Shown: positions 30,538 to 42,489 of the stretch, piece by piece
Numbering within the stretch: position 1 is the stretch's first letter
Layout of the letters: each line of letters begins with the position of its first letter
Origin: Alphaproteobacteria bacterium
Lineage (GTDB): Bacteria; Pseudomonadota; Alphaproteobacteria; GCA-2746255
Assembly (NCBI GenBank): GCA_965249135.1
Contig: OZ252220.1
Location: forward strand, 608,001-672,000
Direction: 5' to 3'
DNA: 64,000 bases
Translations under genes and position numbers: made by a program
The notes under the pieces: generated by a model
Told to the model about the DNA's origin: nothing
Database searches by the model: none
What the model saw: the letters and a program-made list of their open reading frames with translations, nothing else

Positions 30538-33500
30538 ATGCGGGTTTCGCGGCGCTACACGACAGAGGACACGTCCCCTTATGCGGACGTCGTCTTCCGG
30601 AAGACGGCGAGTGAGATTCGCAATCCAGATGGCTCCATCGTTTTCCAACTCGACGGCGCCGAGGTTCCGGAAAGCTGGTCGCAGGTTGCCTGCGACATCA
30701 TCGCCCAGAAATATTTTCGCAAGGCCGGCATTCCCGCACGGCTAAAGCCGGTGCCCGAGAAGGACGTGCCGGAATGGCTGTGGCGGCACGAGCCGGACAA
30801 GGCGGCGCTCGTCGAGCTCCCCGAACACCAGCGCTATAGGGGCGAAAGGAGCGTCTGCCAAGTCGTCGACCGGCTCGCCGGCACCTGGGCCTATTGGGGC
30901 TGGAAAGGCGGCTACTTCGATTCGGAAGCCGATGCGAAGGCCTATTTCGATGAGATGCGCTACATGCTCTGCAGCCAGATGGGCGCTCCGAATTCGCCCC
31001 AATGGTTCAACACGGGTCTGCACTGGGCCTATGGAATCGATGGCCCGGCCCAGGGCCATTACTACGTCGACTTCGAGAGCGGTGAGCTCACCGCATCGGC
31101 GTCGGCCTACGAGCATCCGCAGCCCCACGCCTGTTTCATTCAGAGCGTCAATGACGACCTCGTCAACGAAGGCGGCATCATGGATCTCTGGGTGCGTGAG
31201 GCACGGCTTTTCAAATACGGTTCTGGCACCGGCAGCAACTTCTCGAAACTGCGTGGCGAGGACGAGGCGTTGTCCGGAGGCGGCAAGTCGTCTGGCCTGA
31301 TGAGCTTCCTCAAGATCGGCGACCGGGCGGCGGGTGCCATCAAGTCCGGCGGCACGACCCGGCGCGCCGCCAAGATGGTGACGGTCGACATCGACCATCC
31401 GGACATCGAGGCCTACATCAACTGGAAGACGAAGGAAGAGCAGAAGGTCGCCGCCCTCGTCGCAGGCTCGAAGCTTTGCAACCGCCATCTGAACGCGATT
31501 ATCCGCGCCTGCGCCATGGACTCGGAAGCTGGCGATGCCCGCTTCGACCCGAAGGCCAACCGACGCCTGCGCGAGGCGATCCGGAAGGCGCGCAAGGCGT
31601 TGATCCCGCACAACTATATCCAGCGTGTCATCCATTTCGCGAAACAGGGCTACACGGAAATCCGGTTCGAAACCTACGACACGGACTGGCAGTCCGACGC
31701 CTATACGACCGTGTCGGGACAGAACTCGAACAATTCCGTCCGCCTCACGAACGCCTTCATGGAACAAGTGCTGGCCGACGGCGAATGGCATCTCATGCGG
31801 CGGACGGACGGGAAATGTCAAAAGACGGTCCGCGCCACCGAGCTTTGGGAGCAGATCGCCTACGCCGCCTGGTCCTGCGCCGATCCGGGCTTGCAGTTCG
31901 ATACGACGATCAACGACTGGCACACCTGTCCGGCAAGCGGTCGCATCAATGCCTCGAACCCGTGTTCGGAATACATGTTCCTGGACGACACGGCGTGCAA
32001 TCTCGCCTCGCTCAACCTGCTGACCTTCCGCACGGAGACGGGCGGATTCGATATCGAGTCCTTCGCCCACGCCGTGCGTTTGTGGACGATCGCGCTCGAA
32101 ATCTCCGTCCTGATGGCGCAATTCCCTTCGAAGGAAATCGCCCTACTTTCCTATCAATACCGCACGCTCGGCCTTGGCTATGCGAATCTCGGCGGCCTGT
32201 TGATGGCAAATGGCACGGCTTACGACAGCGAGGAAGGGCGCGCCATTTGCGCGGCCATCAGTGCCATTCTCACCGGCACGTCCTACGCCGCCTCCGCCGA
32301 GATGGCGGCCGAGCTCGGCACCTTCGCGCACTTCCCGGAAAACTCCGAAGAAATGCTTCGGATCATCCGCAACCATCGCCGCGCCGCCTATGGTGAGGAG
32401 GCGGGCTATGAGGGCCTTGCCGTAAAGCCCATGCCCTTGAAGGCGGAAGCCTGCCCGGATGAAGCGCTTGTGAAGGCGGCCCAGGACGCCTGGGACCGCG
32501 CGCTTGAACTCGGCATGCAGTACGGCTACCGGAACGCGCAAGCCACCGTCGTCGCACCGACCGGCACGATCGGTCTCGTCATGGATTGCGACACGACCGG
32601 CATCGAGCCGGATTTCGCGATCGTCAAGTTCAAGAAGCTGGCCGGTGGCGGCTACTTCAAGATCATCAATCACATGGTGCCGGTGGCGTTGCGCACGCTT
32701 GGCTATTCAAAAGACGCTATCGAAGGGATGGTGCGCTACGCGACCGGCCACGGCACCTTGGAAAACGCGCCCGGAATCAATTTCGAAAGCCTGCGCGTCA
32801 AGGGTTTCACCGAGGGCGTGCTGGCGAGCCTCGAAAAGGCGTTGGCGAGCGCCTTCGACATCAAGTTTGCCTTCAACAAATGGACATTCGGCGAGGAGTT
32901 CTGCCGCTCTGTCCTCGGCTTCGACGATGATCAATTGAACAACCCGGCCTTCGAACTGTTGCCGGCCCTAGGCTTCACCCGGGAAGAGATCGAAGCCGCG
33001 AACGCGTATTGCTGCGGGGCGATGGCCCTGGAAGGTGCGCCGGAACTGAAAGAGGAGCACCTCGCCGTCTTCGATTGCGCATCCCCTTGCGGGCGATCGA
33101 GCCAGCGCTGCCTTTCCGTCGAAAGCCACATTCGGATGATGGCGGCATCCCAACCTTTCATTTCGGGGGCGATCTCGAAGACGATCAACATGCCGAACCT
33201 GGCAACCGTCGAGGACTGCAAGGAGGCCTATTTCCTTTCCTGGCAATTGGGGCTGAAGGCGAACGCCCTTTACCGCGACGGCTCGAAGCTTTCCCAGCCC
33301 TTGAGTGCGGCCATCTTCGAAGACCTCGAGGACGAAGACGAGGCAGCCGAGAGCCGGATCGAGGCAATGACGGCCGCGCCTGCACCCGTAAAGGCGGCCG
33401 CCTTAGCCGAACAGGTCGTCGAGCTGGCCGTGAACCGTTCCAGGCGGTCGCGGCTTCCCCAACGGCGCAAGGGCTACACGCAAAAGGCCTTGGTTGGCGG

Positions 33501-34221
33501 CCACAAGGTGTATTTGCGAACCGGGGAATACGAGGACGGCACCCTTGGCGAAATCTTCCTCGACATGCACAAGGAAGGGGCCGCCTTCCGCAGCCTAATG
33601 AACAATTTCGCGATCGCCATCTCGATCGGCCTGCAATACGGCGTGCCGCTGGAAGAATTCGTCGAGGCCTTCACCTTCACGCGGTTCGAGCCGTCCGGTC
33701 CCGTCGAAGGGAACGAGGCGATCAAGATGGCGACCTCGATCCTGGATTACGTCTTCCGGGAACTCGCCGTTTCCTACCTCAGCCGCAACGATCTGGCCCA
33801 TGCGAGTCCGGAAGATCTCCTGCCAGACAGCCTCGGCATCGGGGACGCGGAAGGCGCGCTTCCGCGGGACGACGCAACCAACGAGGTCTCTGCTGTCGCG
33901 CGGATCGCAAGCCGCGGGTACCTGCGCAAGAACCTTTACGTGCTGAAGGGCGGGCGCAACGGCAACGGACATGGCGCGAAGCCGGCAAAACCGAAGGAAC
34001 CGGTCGGGGCAACAGCAGCCGTAACGGCCCGAGCCGGAACCACGGTGACGGAAATCACCACCACGCAAGTCGCGATGGACGTGGAAGTGGTGCCCATCGT
34101 CGATGCGCGGCTCAAGGGCTATGAGGGGGACGCTTGCAGGGAATGTGGGAATTTTACGCTGGTCCGCAACGGAACCTGCCTCAAATGCGACACCTGCGGG
34201 GAAACGAGCGGATGCAGTTGA
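30538..34221 (+). CDS. nrdJ: vitamin B12-dependent (class II) ribonucleotide reductase
   Basis: [27 protein letters not shown]-terminal TSCPD-like domain and CxxC...CxxC finger. Confidence 0.97.
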   Translation: MRVSRRYTTEDTSPYADVVFRKTASEIRNPDGSIVFQLDGAEVPESWSQVACDIIAQKYFRKAGIPARLKPVPEKDVPEWLWRHEPDKAALVELPEHQRYRGERSVCQVVDRLAGTWAYWGWKGGYFDSEADAKAYFDEMRYMLCSQMGAPNSPQWFNTGLHWAYGIDGPAQGHYYVDFESGELTASASAYEHPQPHACFIQSVNDDLVNEGGIMDLWVREARLFKYGSGTGSNFSKLRGEDEALSGGGKSSGLMSFLKIGDRAAGAIKSGGTTRRAAKMVTVDIDHPDIEAYINWKTKEEQKVAALVAGSKLCNRHLNAIIRACAMDSEAGDARFDPKANRRLREAIRKARKALIPHNYIQRVIHFAKQGYTEIRFETYDTDWQSDAYTTVSGQNSNNSVRLTNAFMEQVLADGEWHLMRRTDGKCQKTVRATELWEQIAYAAWSCADPGLQFDTTINDWHTCPASGRINASNPCSEYMFLDDTACNLASLNLLTFRTETGGFDIESFAHAVRLWTIALEISVLMAQFPSKEIALLSYQYRTLGLGYANLGGLLMANGTAYDSEEGRAICAAISAILTGTSYAASAEMAAELGTFAHFPENSEEMLRIIRNHRRAAYGEEAGYEGLAVKPMPLKAEACPDEALVKAAQDAWDRALELGMQYGYRNAQATVVAPTGTIGLVMDCDTTGIEPDFAIVKFKKLAGGGYFKIINHMVPVALRTLGYSKDAIEGMVRYATGHGTLENAPGINFESLRVKGFTEGVLASLEKALASAFDIKFAFNKWTFGEEFCRSVLGFDDDQLNNPAFELLPALGFTREEIEAANAYCCGAMALEGAPELKEEHLAVFDCASPCGRSSQRCLSVESHIRMMAASQPFISGAISKTINMPNLATVEDCKEAYFLSWQLGLKANALYRDGSKLSQPLSAAIFEDLEDEDEAAESRIEAMTAAPAPVKAAALAEQVVELAVNRSRRSRLPQRRKGYTQKALVGGHKVYLRTGEYEDGTLGEIFLDMHKEGAAFRSLMNNFAIAISIGLQYGVPLEEFVEAFTFTRFEPSGPVEGNEAIKMATSILDYVFRELAVSYLSRNDLAHASPEDLLPDSLGIGDAEGALPRDDATNEVSAVARIASRGYLRKNLYVLKGGRNGNGHGAKPAKPKEPVGATAAVTARAGTTVTEITTTQVAMDVEVVPIVDARLKGYEGDACRECGNFTLVRNGTCLKCDTCGETSGCS

Positions 34222-34256
34222 CGTAATTACGAATTCGACTTCCTCCCTGAAGACTT

Positions 34257-34291
34257 GAGGGGTGCAATGTTACGCACCCCTCTTTTTTTTT
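34257..34291 (+). terminator. rho-independent terminator after nrdJ
   Basis: GAGGGGTGC-N8-GCACCCCTC followed by a T run. Confidence 0.9.
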
Positions 34292-34357
34292 ACCGAAACC
34301 CCGGCTGGACCGGATTTTCGGAAACCCCTATCCTCCCTGTCCACCTGGGAAAGAGGC

Positions 34358-34837
34358 ATGACGAAGGCTCAAGAAACACCGGAAGAACGCCTGCGCGCGC
34401 TGGAGATCAAGCTGCCGGAGCCGGCCGCTCCCATCGCCCACTATTTGCCTTACAGCGTCGTCGGAAATCTCGTCTTCGTCTCCGGCCAGATCGCCATCTG
34501 GGAAGGCGTCATGCAGTTCGAGGGAAAGATCGGCGAGGACCTCGGCTTGGTCGAGGCCCGCCAGGCGGCGCGCGTGGCCGTCCTCAACGTGATCGCCCAG
34601 GTGAAGGCGGCCTGCGGCGGCGAGCTTTCCCACGTGAAGCGCTGCGTGCGTTTGGCTGGCTATCTGAACGTCGTGCCCACCTATACGGACCACTCGACGG
34701 TCATGGACCACGCCTCGGACATTCTCATTCAGGTCTTCGGGAGGGACGTCGGGCAACATGCCCGCTTCGTCATCGGGGCGAACTCGTTGCCGAAGAATTC
34801 ACCGATCGAGATCGAGGGCATCTTCGAAATCGCGTGA
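34358..34837 (+). CDS. RidA/YjgF family protein
   Basis: LPEPAAP..HYLP, FVSGQ, ASD....VFG...HAR, LP...PIEIE. Confidence 0.9.
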   Translation: MTKAQETPEERLRALEIKLPEPAAPIAHYLPYSVVGNLVFVSGQIAIWEGVMQFEGKIGEDLGLVEARQAARVAVLNVIAQVKAACGGELSHVKRCVRLAGYLNVVPTYTDHSTVMDHASDILIQVFGRDVGQHARFVIGANSLPKNSPIEIEGIFEIA

Positions 34838-34844
34838 ATGGGAT

Positions 34845-37142
34845 CTAATCGACGAGTTCGGTATCGGCCGTGCGGCCCTTCGGGCCGGAGTCCTTGCCGT
34901 CGGGATAGGTGAAGACGAGATCCCCGTCGCTCACGTCGATCCGAACGTAGCCGCCCTTCTCGAGCCGGCCGAAGAGAAGTTCTTCCGAGAGCGCCCGTTT
35001 CACCTGCTCCTCGATGACGCGGGCAAGCGGCCGGGCACCATATCGATCGTCGTAGCCCTTCTTCGCTAGCCAGGCGCGGGCCGCCTCCGTGAGCTCGATC
35101 GAAACCCCGCGATCCAAAAGCTGCGTTTCCAGCTGAATGATGAACTTGTCGACGACCTTCGCCATGATCTCCGGGGTGAGGCTCGCAAACGCAATCGTCG
35201 CATCCAGCCGGTTGCGGAATTCCGGCGAGAACAGGCGCTCGATCGCCTCCTGATCGTCGCCTTCCCGTTTCACACGTTCGAAGCCGACGGCGTGCTTCGT
35301 CATTTCCATGGCGCCGGCGTTCGTCGTCATGACGAGAATGACGTTTCGAAAATCGATCGCCTTTCCGTTGTGATCCGTGAGCTTGCCGTGATCCATGATC
35401 TGCAGCAGCAGACTGAAAAGGTCCGGATGCGCCTTTTCGACCTCATCCAGCAGCAACACCGCATGGGGATGCTGGTCGATGGCGTCCGTCAACAGGCCGC
35501 CCTGATCGAATCCGACATAGCCGGGCGGCGCGCCGATCAGACGCGAGACCGTGTGCCGCTCCATGTATTCCGACATGTCGAAACGCACGAGTTCGATCCC
35601 CAGCGTCAGCGCCAACTGGCGTGCCACCTCCGTCTTGCCAACCCCCGTGGGACCCGAGAAGAGGTAGCAGCCGATCGGCTTCTCCACCTCACGCAAACCG
35701 GCCCGCGCCAGTTTGATCGAGCTCGCGAGCGCCCCGATCGCTTCGTCCTGGCCATAGACCATCGTCTTCAGGTCGCAATCGAGATTGCGAAGCGATTCCT
35801 TGTCGTCCTTCGTGACGGTCTTCGGCGGAATGCGCGCGATTCCGGCGACGATACGCTCGACATCCTTGACGGTGATCTTCTTGCGGCGCTTGTTTTCCGG
35901 CAGCAGCACTTGCGAAGCACCTGCTTCGTCGATGACGTCGAGCGCCTTATCGGGCAAGCGCCGGTCCGTGATGTAGCGCGCCGAAAGCTCGACGGCGGCG
36001 CGAATCGCCTCCGCCGTGTAACGCACGCCATGATGCTTTTCGTAGTGCGGTTTCAGTCCGCGCAGGATCTTGATCGAATCACTTTGCGACGGCTCGTTCA
36101 CGTCGATCTTCTGGAACCGGCGGACCAGCGCCCGGTCCTTCTCGAAATAGTTCCGGTATTCCTTATAGGGCGTCGAGCCGATGCAGCGGAGATTGCCGCT
36201 GGCAAGCGCCGGTTTCAAAAGGTTCGAGGCGTCTATCGACCCGCCGCTGGTGGCGCCCGCCCCAATCACGGTGTGGATTTCGTCGATGAAAAGGATGGAG
36301 CTCGGAATCGAATCGAGCTCGGTAAGCACCGCCTTGACCCTTTCTTCGAAATCGCCGCGATAGCGCGTGCCCGCCAAAAGCGAGCCCATGTCCAGGGAGT
36401 AGATCGTCGTGGTCCGAAGGACCTCCGGCACCTCCCCGTCTACGATCCGGCGCGCCAGGCCCTCGGCGATCGCCGTCTTGCCGACCCCCGGATCGCCGAC
36501 GTAAAGCGGATTGTTCTTCGTGCGCCGGCAAAGAATCTGGATCGTGCGTTCGACTTCCGCTTCGCGACCAATCAATGGGTCGACCTTCCCGGCCCGGGCC
36601 TTCGCGTTCAGATTGACGCAGTAGGACTCCAGCGCCTCGAAGCCGGCCTTGAGGATGTCTTCTTCCTCTTCCTCGGCGCCGCGAACGGTGCGTGTCTCGG
36701 CATTTTCGGTCACCTTCGCGATACCATGAGAGATGTAGTTCACGGCATCCAACCGCGACATGTTCTGTTCCTGCAGGAAATAGATCGCGTGGGATTCGCG
36801 CTCGGCGAACATCGAAACGAGCACGTTGGCGCCCGTCACCTCTTCGCGCCCTGCCGACTGGACATGAATGGCTGCCCGCTGAAGCACCCGCTGGAAACCC
36901 GCCGTCGGCTTCGGATCCCCGCTGTCCTCACGGGAAAGAAAGGCAAGATCGTTGTCCAAATAGTCGATGAGATCGCAGCGAAGCCGCTCAAGATCGATGC
37001 CGCAGGCGCGCAGCACCGCCACCGAGTCCCGATCCTCCGTCAGCGCCAACAGCAGATGCTCGAGCGTCGCAAACTCATGGCTGCGCTCGTTGGAGAGCGC
37101 AAGCGCACGGTGCAGACTCTGTTCCAGGTTACGAGAAAGCAA
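34845..37142 (-). CDS. clpA: ATP-dependent Clp protease ATP-binding subunit
   Basis: Clp N domain; two AAA+ modules GDPGVGKT and GPTGVGKT; RFDMSEYME. Confidence 0.97.
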   Translation of the reverse strand: MLSRNLEQSLHRALALSNERSHEFATLEHLLLALTEDRDSVAVLRACGIDLERLRCDLIDYLDNDLAFLSREDSGDPKPTAGFQRVLQRAAIHVQSAGREEVTGANVLVSMFAERESHAIYFLQEQNMSRLDAVNYISHGIAKVTENAETRTVRGAEEEEEDILKAGFEALESYCVNLNAKARAGKVDPLIGREAEVERTIQILCRRTKNNPLYVGDPGVGKTAIAEGLARRIVDGEVPEVLRTTTIYSLDMGSLLAGTRYRGDFEERVKAVLTELDSIPSSILFIDEIHTVIGAGATSGGSIDASNLLKPALASGNLRCIGSTPYKEYRNYFEKDRALVRRFQKIDVNEPSQSDSIKILRGLKPHYEKHHGVRYTAEAIRAAVELSARYITDRRLPDKALDVIDEAGASQVLLPENKRRKKITVKDVERIVAGIARIPPKTVTKDDKESLRNLDCDLKTMVYGQDEAIGALASSIKLARAGLREVEKPIGCYLFSGPTGVGKTEVARQLALTLGIELVRFDMSEYMERHTVSRLIGAPPGYVGFDQGGLLTDAIDQHPHAVLLLDEVEKAHPDLFSLLLQIMDHGKLTDHNGKAIDFRNVILVMTTNAGAMEMTKHAVGFERVKREGDDQEAIERLFSPEFRNRLDATIAFASLTPEIMAKVVDKFIIQLETQLLDRGVSIELTEAARAWLAKKGYDDRYGARPLARVIEEQVKRALSEELLFGRLEKGGYVRIDVSDGDLVFTYPDGKDSGPKGRTADTELVD

Positions 37143-37145
37143 TGT

Positions 37146-37472
37146 CTACTCCTTCTCCAACGTGCATTGCAGCGGATGCTGATGCTGACGGGCAAAATCG
37201 ACAACCTGCTGCACCTTCGTCTCGGCGACCTCGTAGGTATAGACGCCACAGATTCCAACGCCGCGCTGGTGGACGTGCATCATGATGTGGGTGGCCTCGT
37301 CCCGATCCTTGCTGAAGAACCGCTCGAGGAGAAGGACGACGAATTCCATCGGCGTGTAATCGTCGTTCAGCATCAAGACCTTATACATGGACGGCCGCTT
37401 CGTCTTCGGCCGGCTCTTGACGATGACGCCGGGAGTCGTCCCCTCGCCGCCTTTTGGAGGTTGCGTCGTCAT
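37146..37472 (-). CDS. clpS: Clp protease adaptor
   Basis: [23 protein letters not shown]. Confidence 0.98.
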   Translation of the reverse strand: MTTQPPKGGEGTTPGVIVKSRPKTKRPSMYKVLMLNDDYTPMEFVVLLLERFFSKDRDEATHIMMHVHQRGVGICGVYTYEVAETKVQQVVDFARQHQHPLQCTLEKE

Positions 37473-37598
37473 GGCTTTACCGATGGTGTCCCATTTCTAT
37501 TTGTCCACAGGCTAACACAATGGAATCTAATACGATTACGTTTGGATCGCCATACAAACCTGCATTTGCGACCGGAACACCAGTATGACGTAAGCAGT

Positions 37599-37613
37599 TT
37601 AAACGAAAATTAA
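37599..37613. promoter_or_regulatory. CtrA box TTAA-N7-TTAA
   Basis: TTAA ACGAAAA TTAA in the divergent clpS/dac intergenic region. Confidence 0.7.
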
Positions 37614-37704
37614 ACCTCACCCGCCACATTACCAGCCACATTGGTCGACCTGGCCACACGCGCCGAAAACCGGCAAAAACCGAGTGCCCGACCGGCAATG
37701 AGGG

Positions 37705-38839
37705 ATGCCCAGCTTCCACAAAAGCCTGCCCCGTTTTCGTGCCTTTGCGATCGTCACGGCGCTGGCCCTGGCGTGCCTCGCCACGCCCACCTCGGCCACC
37801 GAGACGGCCTCCATCGTCATCGACGCAAAAAGCGGCGCCATTCTTCATGGCGAGGCCATCGACCGGGCGGTGCACCCGGCGTCCTTGGCGAAGATGATGA
37901 CGCTTTACCTGACCTTCGAGGCGTTAAAGGGTCGGGCCTTTCGCGCCGGAACGCGGCTTAAAACCTCCGCCCACGCCGCCCGGCAACTGCCTGCCCGTTT
38001 GGGGCTTCGCCGTGGGGATGCCATCACCGTGCAGGATCGATCCTCGCCCTCGTCACGAAGTCGGCGAACGACGCCGCCGTCGTTCTGGCGGAAGCGATTT
38101 CCGGAAGCGAGGCCCGTTTCGCCGATCGGATGAACGCCAAGGCAAAACACTTAGGTCTGCGGAATACGTTCTTTCGGAACGCCTCCGGCCTTCACAGCGG
38201 CAGACAGCGAAGCACGGCGCGCGATCTTGCCCTTCTCGCCGGGGCACTTTTTAGGGATCTCCCGGAATACGCCCCCTATTTCGCGGTCCAGAAATTTCGC
38301 TTCAAGGGCAGGACCCATCAAAACCATAACGACTTCCTGAAGAGCTATCCGGGCGCGGATGGCATCAAGACCGGCTATATCCGTGCCTCCGGTTACAATT
38401 TAGCGGCCTCCGTGAGCCGCGGGGGAAAGCGGTTGATCGGCATCGTGCTCGGCGAAAAATCCCCCGATGCCCGCGGGCAGCGGATGCATACCCTTTTCGA
38501 CCATGCCTTTCGAACCGCCGCCATCCTGGACCGAAGCTGGGAGATCCGGGTCGGCGACGTCGCCCGCCTTGCCACCGCCCATCTCGTCGCCTCCAGTGCG
38601 GCACGCCGGGTGCCGGAGACCTGCTGCGGCGCGCCGACCTCACCATCTCGACCGTGCGCAACAAGCAGGGCACGCTTTATCGCGCCCGTTTCCTCGGCAT
38701 TCGGGAATCCTTGGCACGCAAGGCCTGCGAAAACTTGCAGGCAAACGGGATCGCCTGCGACATCGTCTCCCCTTTCCAGGCAAACCTGGTCGGGCGCGCC
38801 TGGACGAAGTCGGATGATGGGCCCTTGATCGAAGGCTAG
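37705..38839 (+). pseudogene. D-alanyl-D-alanine carboxypeptidase (S11) with C-terminal SPOR-like domain, two frameshifts
   Basis: SLAK (SxxK), SAN (SxN) and KTG motifs plus LYRARFLG..ARKAC..L lie across three frames; shifts at ~38037 and ~38617; may be sequencing errors. Confidence 0.75.
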
Positions 38840-40230
38840 ATGGGTGGCGGCTCGACCCCGCTTGCACGAAGCTCCGCCACAAGCTCCCCCTTCAAACGCT
38901 CGAGCGTTTCTGTATCCTTCGCCTCGACTCGGGCGACCAGGACGGCCTGGGTGTTCGACGCACGCAGCAACCACCAGCCTTCCGGCGTTTCGACCCGAAC
39001 GCCATCCACGTCGTTAACGGTGAAACCCGCATCCAAGCCCCTTTCGTTAAGCCGCGCCTTCACCTCTTCCAGCACCGCGAATTTTCGCTCGTCCGGGCAG
39101 GACAGACGAAGTTCCGGCGTGTTCAGCGGACTTGGCAGGTCGTCCCGCATCTGGGCCAGGCTCTTCTTCGAACGTGCCACGATGTCGAGGATCCGAACCG
39201 CCGCATACAGCGCATCGTCGAAGCCGTAATAGTGATCGGCGAAGAAGATATGCCCGCTCATTTCCCCGGCCAGAGGGGCTTTCAATTCCGCCATCTTCGC
39301 CTTGATCAGCGAATGGCCCGTCCGCCACATGACCGGCTCGCCACCGGCCTTTGCGATTTCATCGAAGAGGGCTTGGCTTGCCTTGACGTCGGCGATGATC
39401 GGGGCCCCCGGATGAGCCTTCAGCACGTCCTTCGCGAAAATCCCCATTAACTGATCTCCCCACAGCACCCTTCCCTCGCCGTCGAGGACGCCGATGCGAT
39501 CCCCGTCCCCATCGAAGGCGACCCCGAGATCACAACCCTGCTCGAGAACGGTTGCGCGAAGCTGCTCCAGATTCGCCTCGACCGTCGGATCGGGATGATG
39601 AACGGGAAAGGTGCCATCGATTTCTGCGTTCAGCAGGTGATGGGTTCCGGGAAGCCGCTCGGCGAGTGCTACCATCGCCTCGCCGGCCACCCCGTTCCCG
39701 GCATCCCAGGCAACGTTCAACGCACGTTCGCCGTGATAATCCTCGACCAGCCGGGCGATATAGGCGGGAAAGAAGTTCTCTTCCGTTACGCTCCCCTTTC
39801 CTTCCGCGAAATCGCCCTTGGCCGCGAGTCGGGCGAGCTCCCGGATCGCCTCCCCATAGAAGGAGGCGCCGTCGCGCACCATCTTGAAACCGTTGTGATC
39901 CGGCGGGTTGTGCGAGCCGGTGACCATGATCCCCCCGTCCGCCTTCGTCGTCTTCGCCGCGAAGTAGAGCATCGGCGTCGGCCCGCGACCAACCCGATGC
40001 ACGTTGAGTCCGGCCGCCATCAGTCCTTCGACCAGCGCCCGTTCGAGGGCGGGTGAACTTAGCCTGCCGTCATAACCGACCATCACCTTCGTGCCGCCGG
40101 AACGAACGAGCAGGGTCCCGAGGGCGCGTCCGATCGCGTTCGCGTCGGCTTCCGTCACCGTTTCGTCGACGATGCCGCGGATGTCGTATTCGCGAAGGAT
40201 GGTCGGGTCGAAATGATGCGGGGCACCCAT
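38836..40230 (-). CDS. phosphomannomutase/phosphoglucomutase
   Basis: REYDIRG, TGSHNP, FDGDGDR, GEMSGH, RASNT. Confidence 0.95.
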   Translation of the reverse strand: MGAPHHFDPTILREYDIRGIVDETVTEADANAIGRALGTLLVRSGGTKVMVGYDGRLSSPALERALVEGLMAAGLNVHRVGRGPTPMLYFAAKTTKADGGIMVTGSHNPPDHNGFKMVRDGASFYGEAIRELARLAAKGDFAEGKGSVTEENFFPAYIARLVEDYHGERALNVAWDAGNGVAGEAMVALAERLPGTHHLLNAEIDGTFPVHHPDPTVEANLEQLRATVLEQGCDLGVAFDGDGDRIGVLDGEGRVLWGDQLMGIFAKDVLKAHPGAPIIADVKASQALFDEIAKAGGEPVMWRTGHSLIKAKMAELKAPLAGEMSGHIFFADHYYGFDDALYAAVRILDIVARSKKSLAQMRDDLPSPLNTPELRLSCPDERKFAVLEEVKARLNERGLDAGFTVNDVDGVRVETPEGWWLLRASNTQAVLVARVEAKDTETLERLKGELVAELRASGVEPPPI

Positions 40231-40235
40231 GAAGC

Positions 40236-41552
40236 TCACGCCGTCGACGGCGGCCGTCCAATCGCCCGGTAATCGAATCCGGCGGCCCGCATTTCTGTCG
40301 GGTTGCAAACGTTCCGAAGATCGACGACGACGGGATGGCGCAGGCATTGCTTCATGCGCTCAACGTCGAGATTCCTGAACTCGTTCCATTCCGTCAGGAT
40401 GACGAGCGCATCCGCACCTTCCATGGCCTCATACGAATCCGCACAATAGGTCACATTCTTCAGATGCTTCTTGGCTTCGGCCATGCCCTCCGGATCGAAG
40501 ACGCGCACATGAACGCCCGCCCCTTCAAGGGCCGGCACGATGTCGAGACTTGGGCTCTCGCGGATATCGTCTGTGTTTGGTTTGAAAGTGAGGCCCAGGA
40601 TCGCGACCGTCTTACCGGAAGGCTTTGCGCCTAAGGCCCCAAGGATTCGTTCCGCCATCTGTTTCTTGCGTGCCTCGTTCACCTCGACGACCGTTTCGAT
40701 CAGGCGCAGCGGAGAGGACGCGCGTCTCGCCATCTCGACAAGCGCGCGCGTGTCCTTCGGGAAGCACGACCCGCCATAGCCCGGCCCCGGATGCAGAAAC
40801 TTGGAACCGATCCGGCCGTCAAGGCCGATGCCGCTTGCCACTTCGTGGACGTCGGCTCCCACCTTCTCGCAGAGATCGGCGATCTCGTTCATGAAGGTCA
40901 CCTTCATGGCGAGGAAACTATTCGAGGCGTATTTCGTGAGTTCCGCAGCCTCCAACGTCGTAAAGTGGATCGGCGTTTCGATCAAATAGAGGGGGCGATA
41001 GATCTTGCGCATGACCTCGCGCGCCTTCTCCGATTCGGCCCCGATGATAACGCGGTCCGGCCGCATGAAATCGCCGAGCGCCGATCCTTCCCGAAGGAAT
41101 TCCGGGTTCGATACGACGTCGATGTCGCATTCGGGCGCGAGCTTGCGAAACATGTCCTGGACTTCCCTTGCCGTACCCACCGGCACGGTCGATTTCATGA
41201 CGATGACGGTATAGCCGTCCAACGCCTTCGCGATTTCTTCCACGGCGCCGTAAACGTAGGTGAGGTCCGCATAGCCGTCGCCATGACGGCTTGGGGTACC
41301 AACGGAAATGAAGACGGCATCCGCGGCACGAACGGCAGCGGCGAGGTCCGTCGTAAAGGAAAGGCGGTTGGCGCCGAGGTTCGACGCAACCAAGGCATCG
41401 AGGCCGGGCTCATAAATCGGGATTTCCGCCTGGCGCAATTGCTCGATCTTTGCCGCGTCCTGATCGACGCAGGCGACGTCGATGCCGAACTCGGAGAAGC
41501 AGGCGCCGGACACAAGGCCCACATAGCCAACTCCAACCATCGCAATCCGCAT
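40236..41552 (-). CDS. ugd: UDP-glucose 6-dehydrogenase
   Basis: GVGYVG, KSTVPVGT, NPEFLREG, GYGGSCFPKD, FKPNTDDIRES. Confidence 0.96.
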   Translation of the reverse strand: MRIAMVGVGYVGLVSGACFSEFGIDVACVDQDAAKIEQLRQAEIPIYEPGLDALVASNLGANRLSFTTDLAAAVRAADAVFISVGTPSRHGDGYADLTYVYGAVEEIAKALDGYTVIVMKSTVPVGTAREVQDMFRKLAPECDIDVVSNPEFLREGSALGDFMRPDRVIIGAESEKAREVMRKIYRPLYLIETPIHFTTLEAAELTKYASNSFLAMKVTFMNEIADLCEKVGADVHEVASGIGLDGRIGSKFLHPGPGYGGSCFPKDTRALVEMARRASSPLRLIETVVEVNEARKKQMAERILGALGAKPSGKTVAILGLTFKPNTDDIRESPSLDIVPALEGAGVHVRVFDPEGMAEAKKHLKNVTYCADSYEAMEGADALVILTEWNEFRNLDVERMKQCLRHPVVVDLRNVCNPTEMRAAGFDYRAIGRPPSTA

Positions 41553-41595
41553 GGGGTTCTACTCCGCAAAACCGGCTCTCACGCCGGTTTGAATC

Positions 41596-42483
41596 CTAAT
41601 TCCTCTTAGCATAGCCTTCGAGCATGGCGCATGCGCTTTCACGGAATTCTTCCCGCGCCAGTGCATAGGCGATGTTCGCTTCCAAAAGACCCAAGCGGTC
41701 GCCGCAATCGAACCGGCGTCCTTCGAAGCGAAGGCCGTGGAAGGGTGCCTCACCGATCATCCGCGTCATGGCGTCCGTCAACTGAATCTCGCTGCCCATG
41801 CCGCGTTGCCGCTCCGACAGAAAATCGAAGATCGCCGGTTGCAGGACGTAACGGCCGATGATGGAAAGCGTCGAGGGCGCTTGGGCCGGATCCGGCTTTT
41901 CGACCAGCCCCCGCACCTCCGCCAGACGGCCGTCGTCCTTGCCGACCTCAAGCACGCCATAGCGACGCGTCTGCTCGCGCGGCACCTCCATCACGGCGAC
42001 GACGTTCCCCCCCTTCTCCTCATAAACGTCGAGCAACTGCCGGAGGCAGGGCGTCTTGCCTTGGACGAGGTCATCGGGAAGAAGCACGGCGAAGGGCTCC
42101 TTGCCGACCAGCTCGCGGGCGCACCAGACCGCGTGCCCAAGCCCAAGCGGTTCCGTCTGCAGCGTAAATTTCAATCGGTCCGGAGCCGGCAGATAATCGG
42201 TCACGGCTTTCAGGGCTTCGGTCTTGCCTTGTACATCCAACGCGTGGGCAAGCTCCGGGTCGGGCCGGAAATGGGCCTCGATGGCCTCCTTGCCCGGCCC
42301 CGTCACGAAAATGAATTCCTCGATCCCGGAGGCCCGTGATTCCTCCAGCGCGTATTGGATCAACGGCCGGTCGACGACCGGCAGCATTTCCTTCGGAATG
42401 GCCTTCGTGGCCGGCAGGAACCGGGTGCCAAGCCCGGCAACCGGAAAAACCACCTTACGAATGGGTTGCGGCATCGCGTCCAC
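41596..42483 (-). CDS. galU: UTP--glucose-1-phosphate uridylyltransferase
   Basis: PVAGLGTRFLPATKAIPKEMLP, GLGHAV, VEKP, IQLTDA. Confidence 0.97.
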   Translation of the reverse strand: MDAMPQPIRKVVFPVAGLGTRFLPATKAIPKEMLPVVDRPLIQYALEESRASGIEEFIFVTGPGKEAIEAHFRPDPELAHALDVQGKTEALKAVTDYLPAPDRLKFTLQTEPLGLGHAVWCARELVGKEPFAVLLPDDLVQGKTPCLRQLLDVYEEKGGNVVAVMEVPREQTRRYGVLEVGKDDGRLAEVRGLVEKPDPAQAPSTLSIIGRYVLQPAIFDFLSERQRGMGSEIQLTDAMTRMIGEAPFHGLRFEGRRFDCGDRLGLLEANIAYALAREEFRESACAMLEGYAKRN

Positions 42484-42489
42484 GACCCC

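Noticed and set aside
30538-34221. Possible intein, intron or cobalamin riboswitch at nrdJ
   Set aside because: Length and motifs fit an uninterrupted alphaproteobacterial NrdJ; no splice motifs or B12-box seen.
27807-37472. aat with clpS-clpA as a novel linked system
   Set aside because: This is the known N-degron pathway, and each gene sits in its usual conserved context.
35292-37613. 773-aa ORF antisense to clpA/clpS (likewise 14614-16626, 43632-45395, 11653-13050, 57689-59053, 1-1113)
   Set aside because: Shadow ORFs produced by GC-rich codon bias on the strand opposite well-conserved genes; no recognisable motifs.
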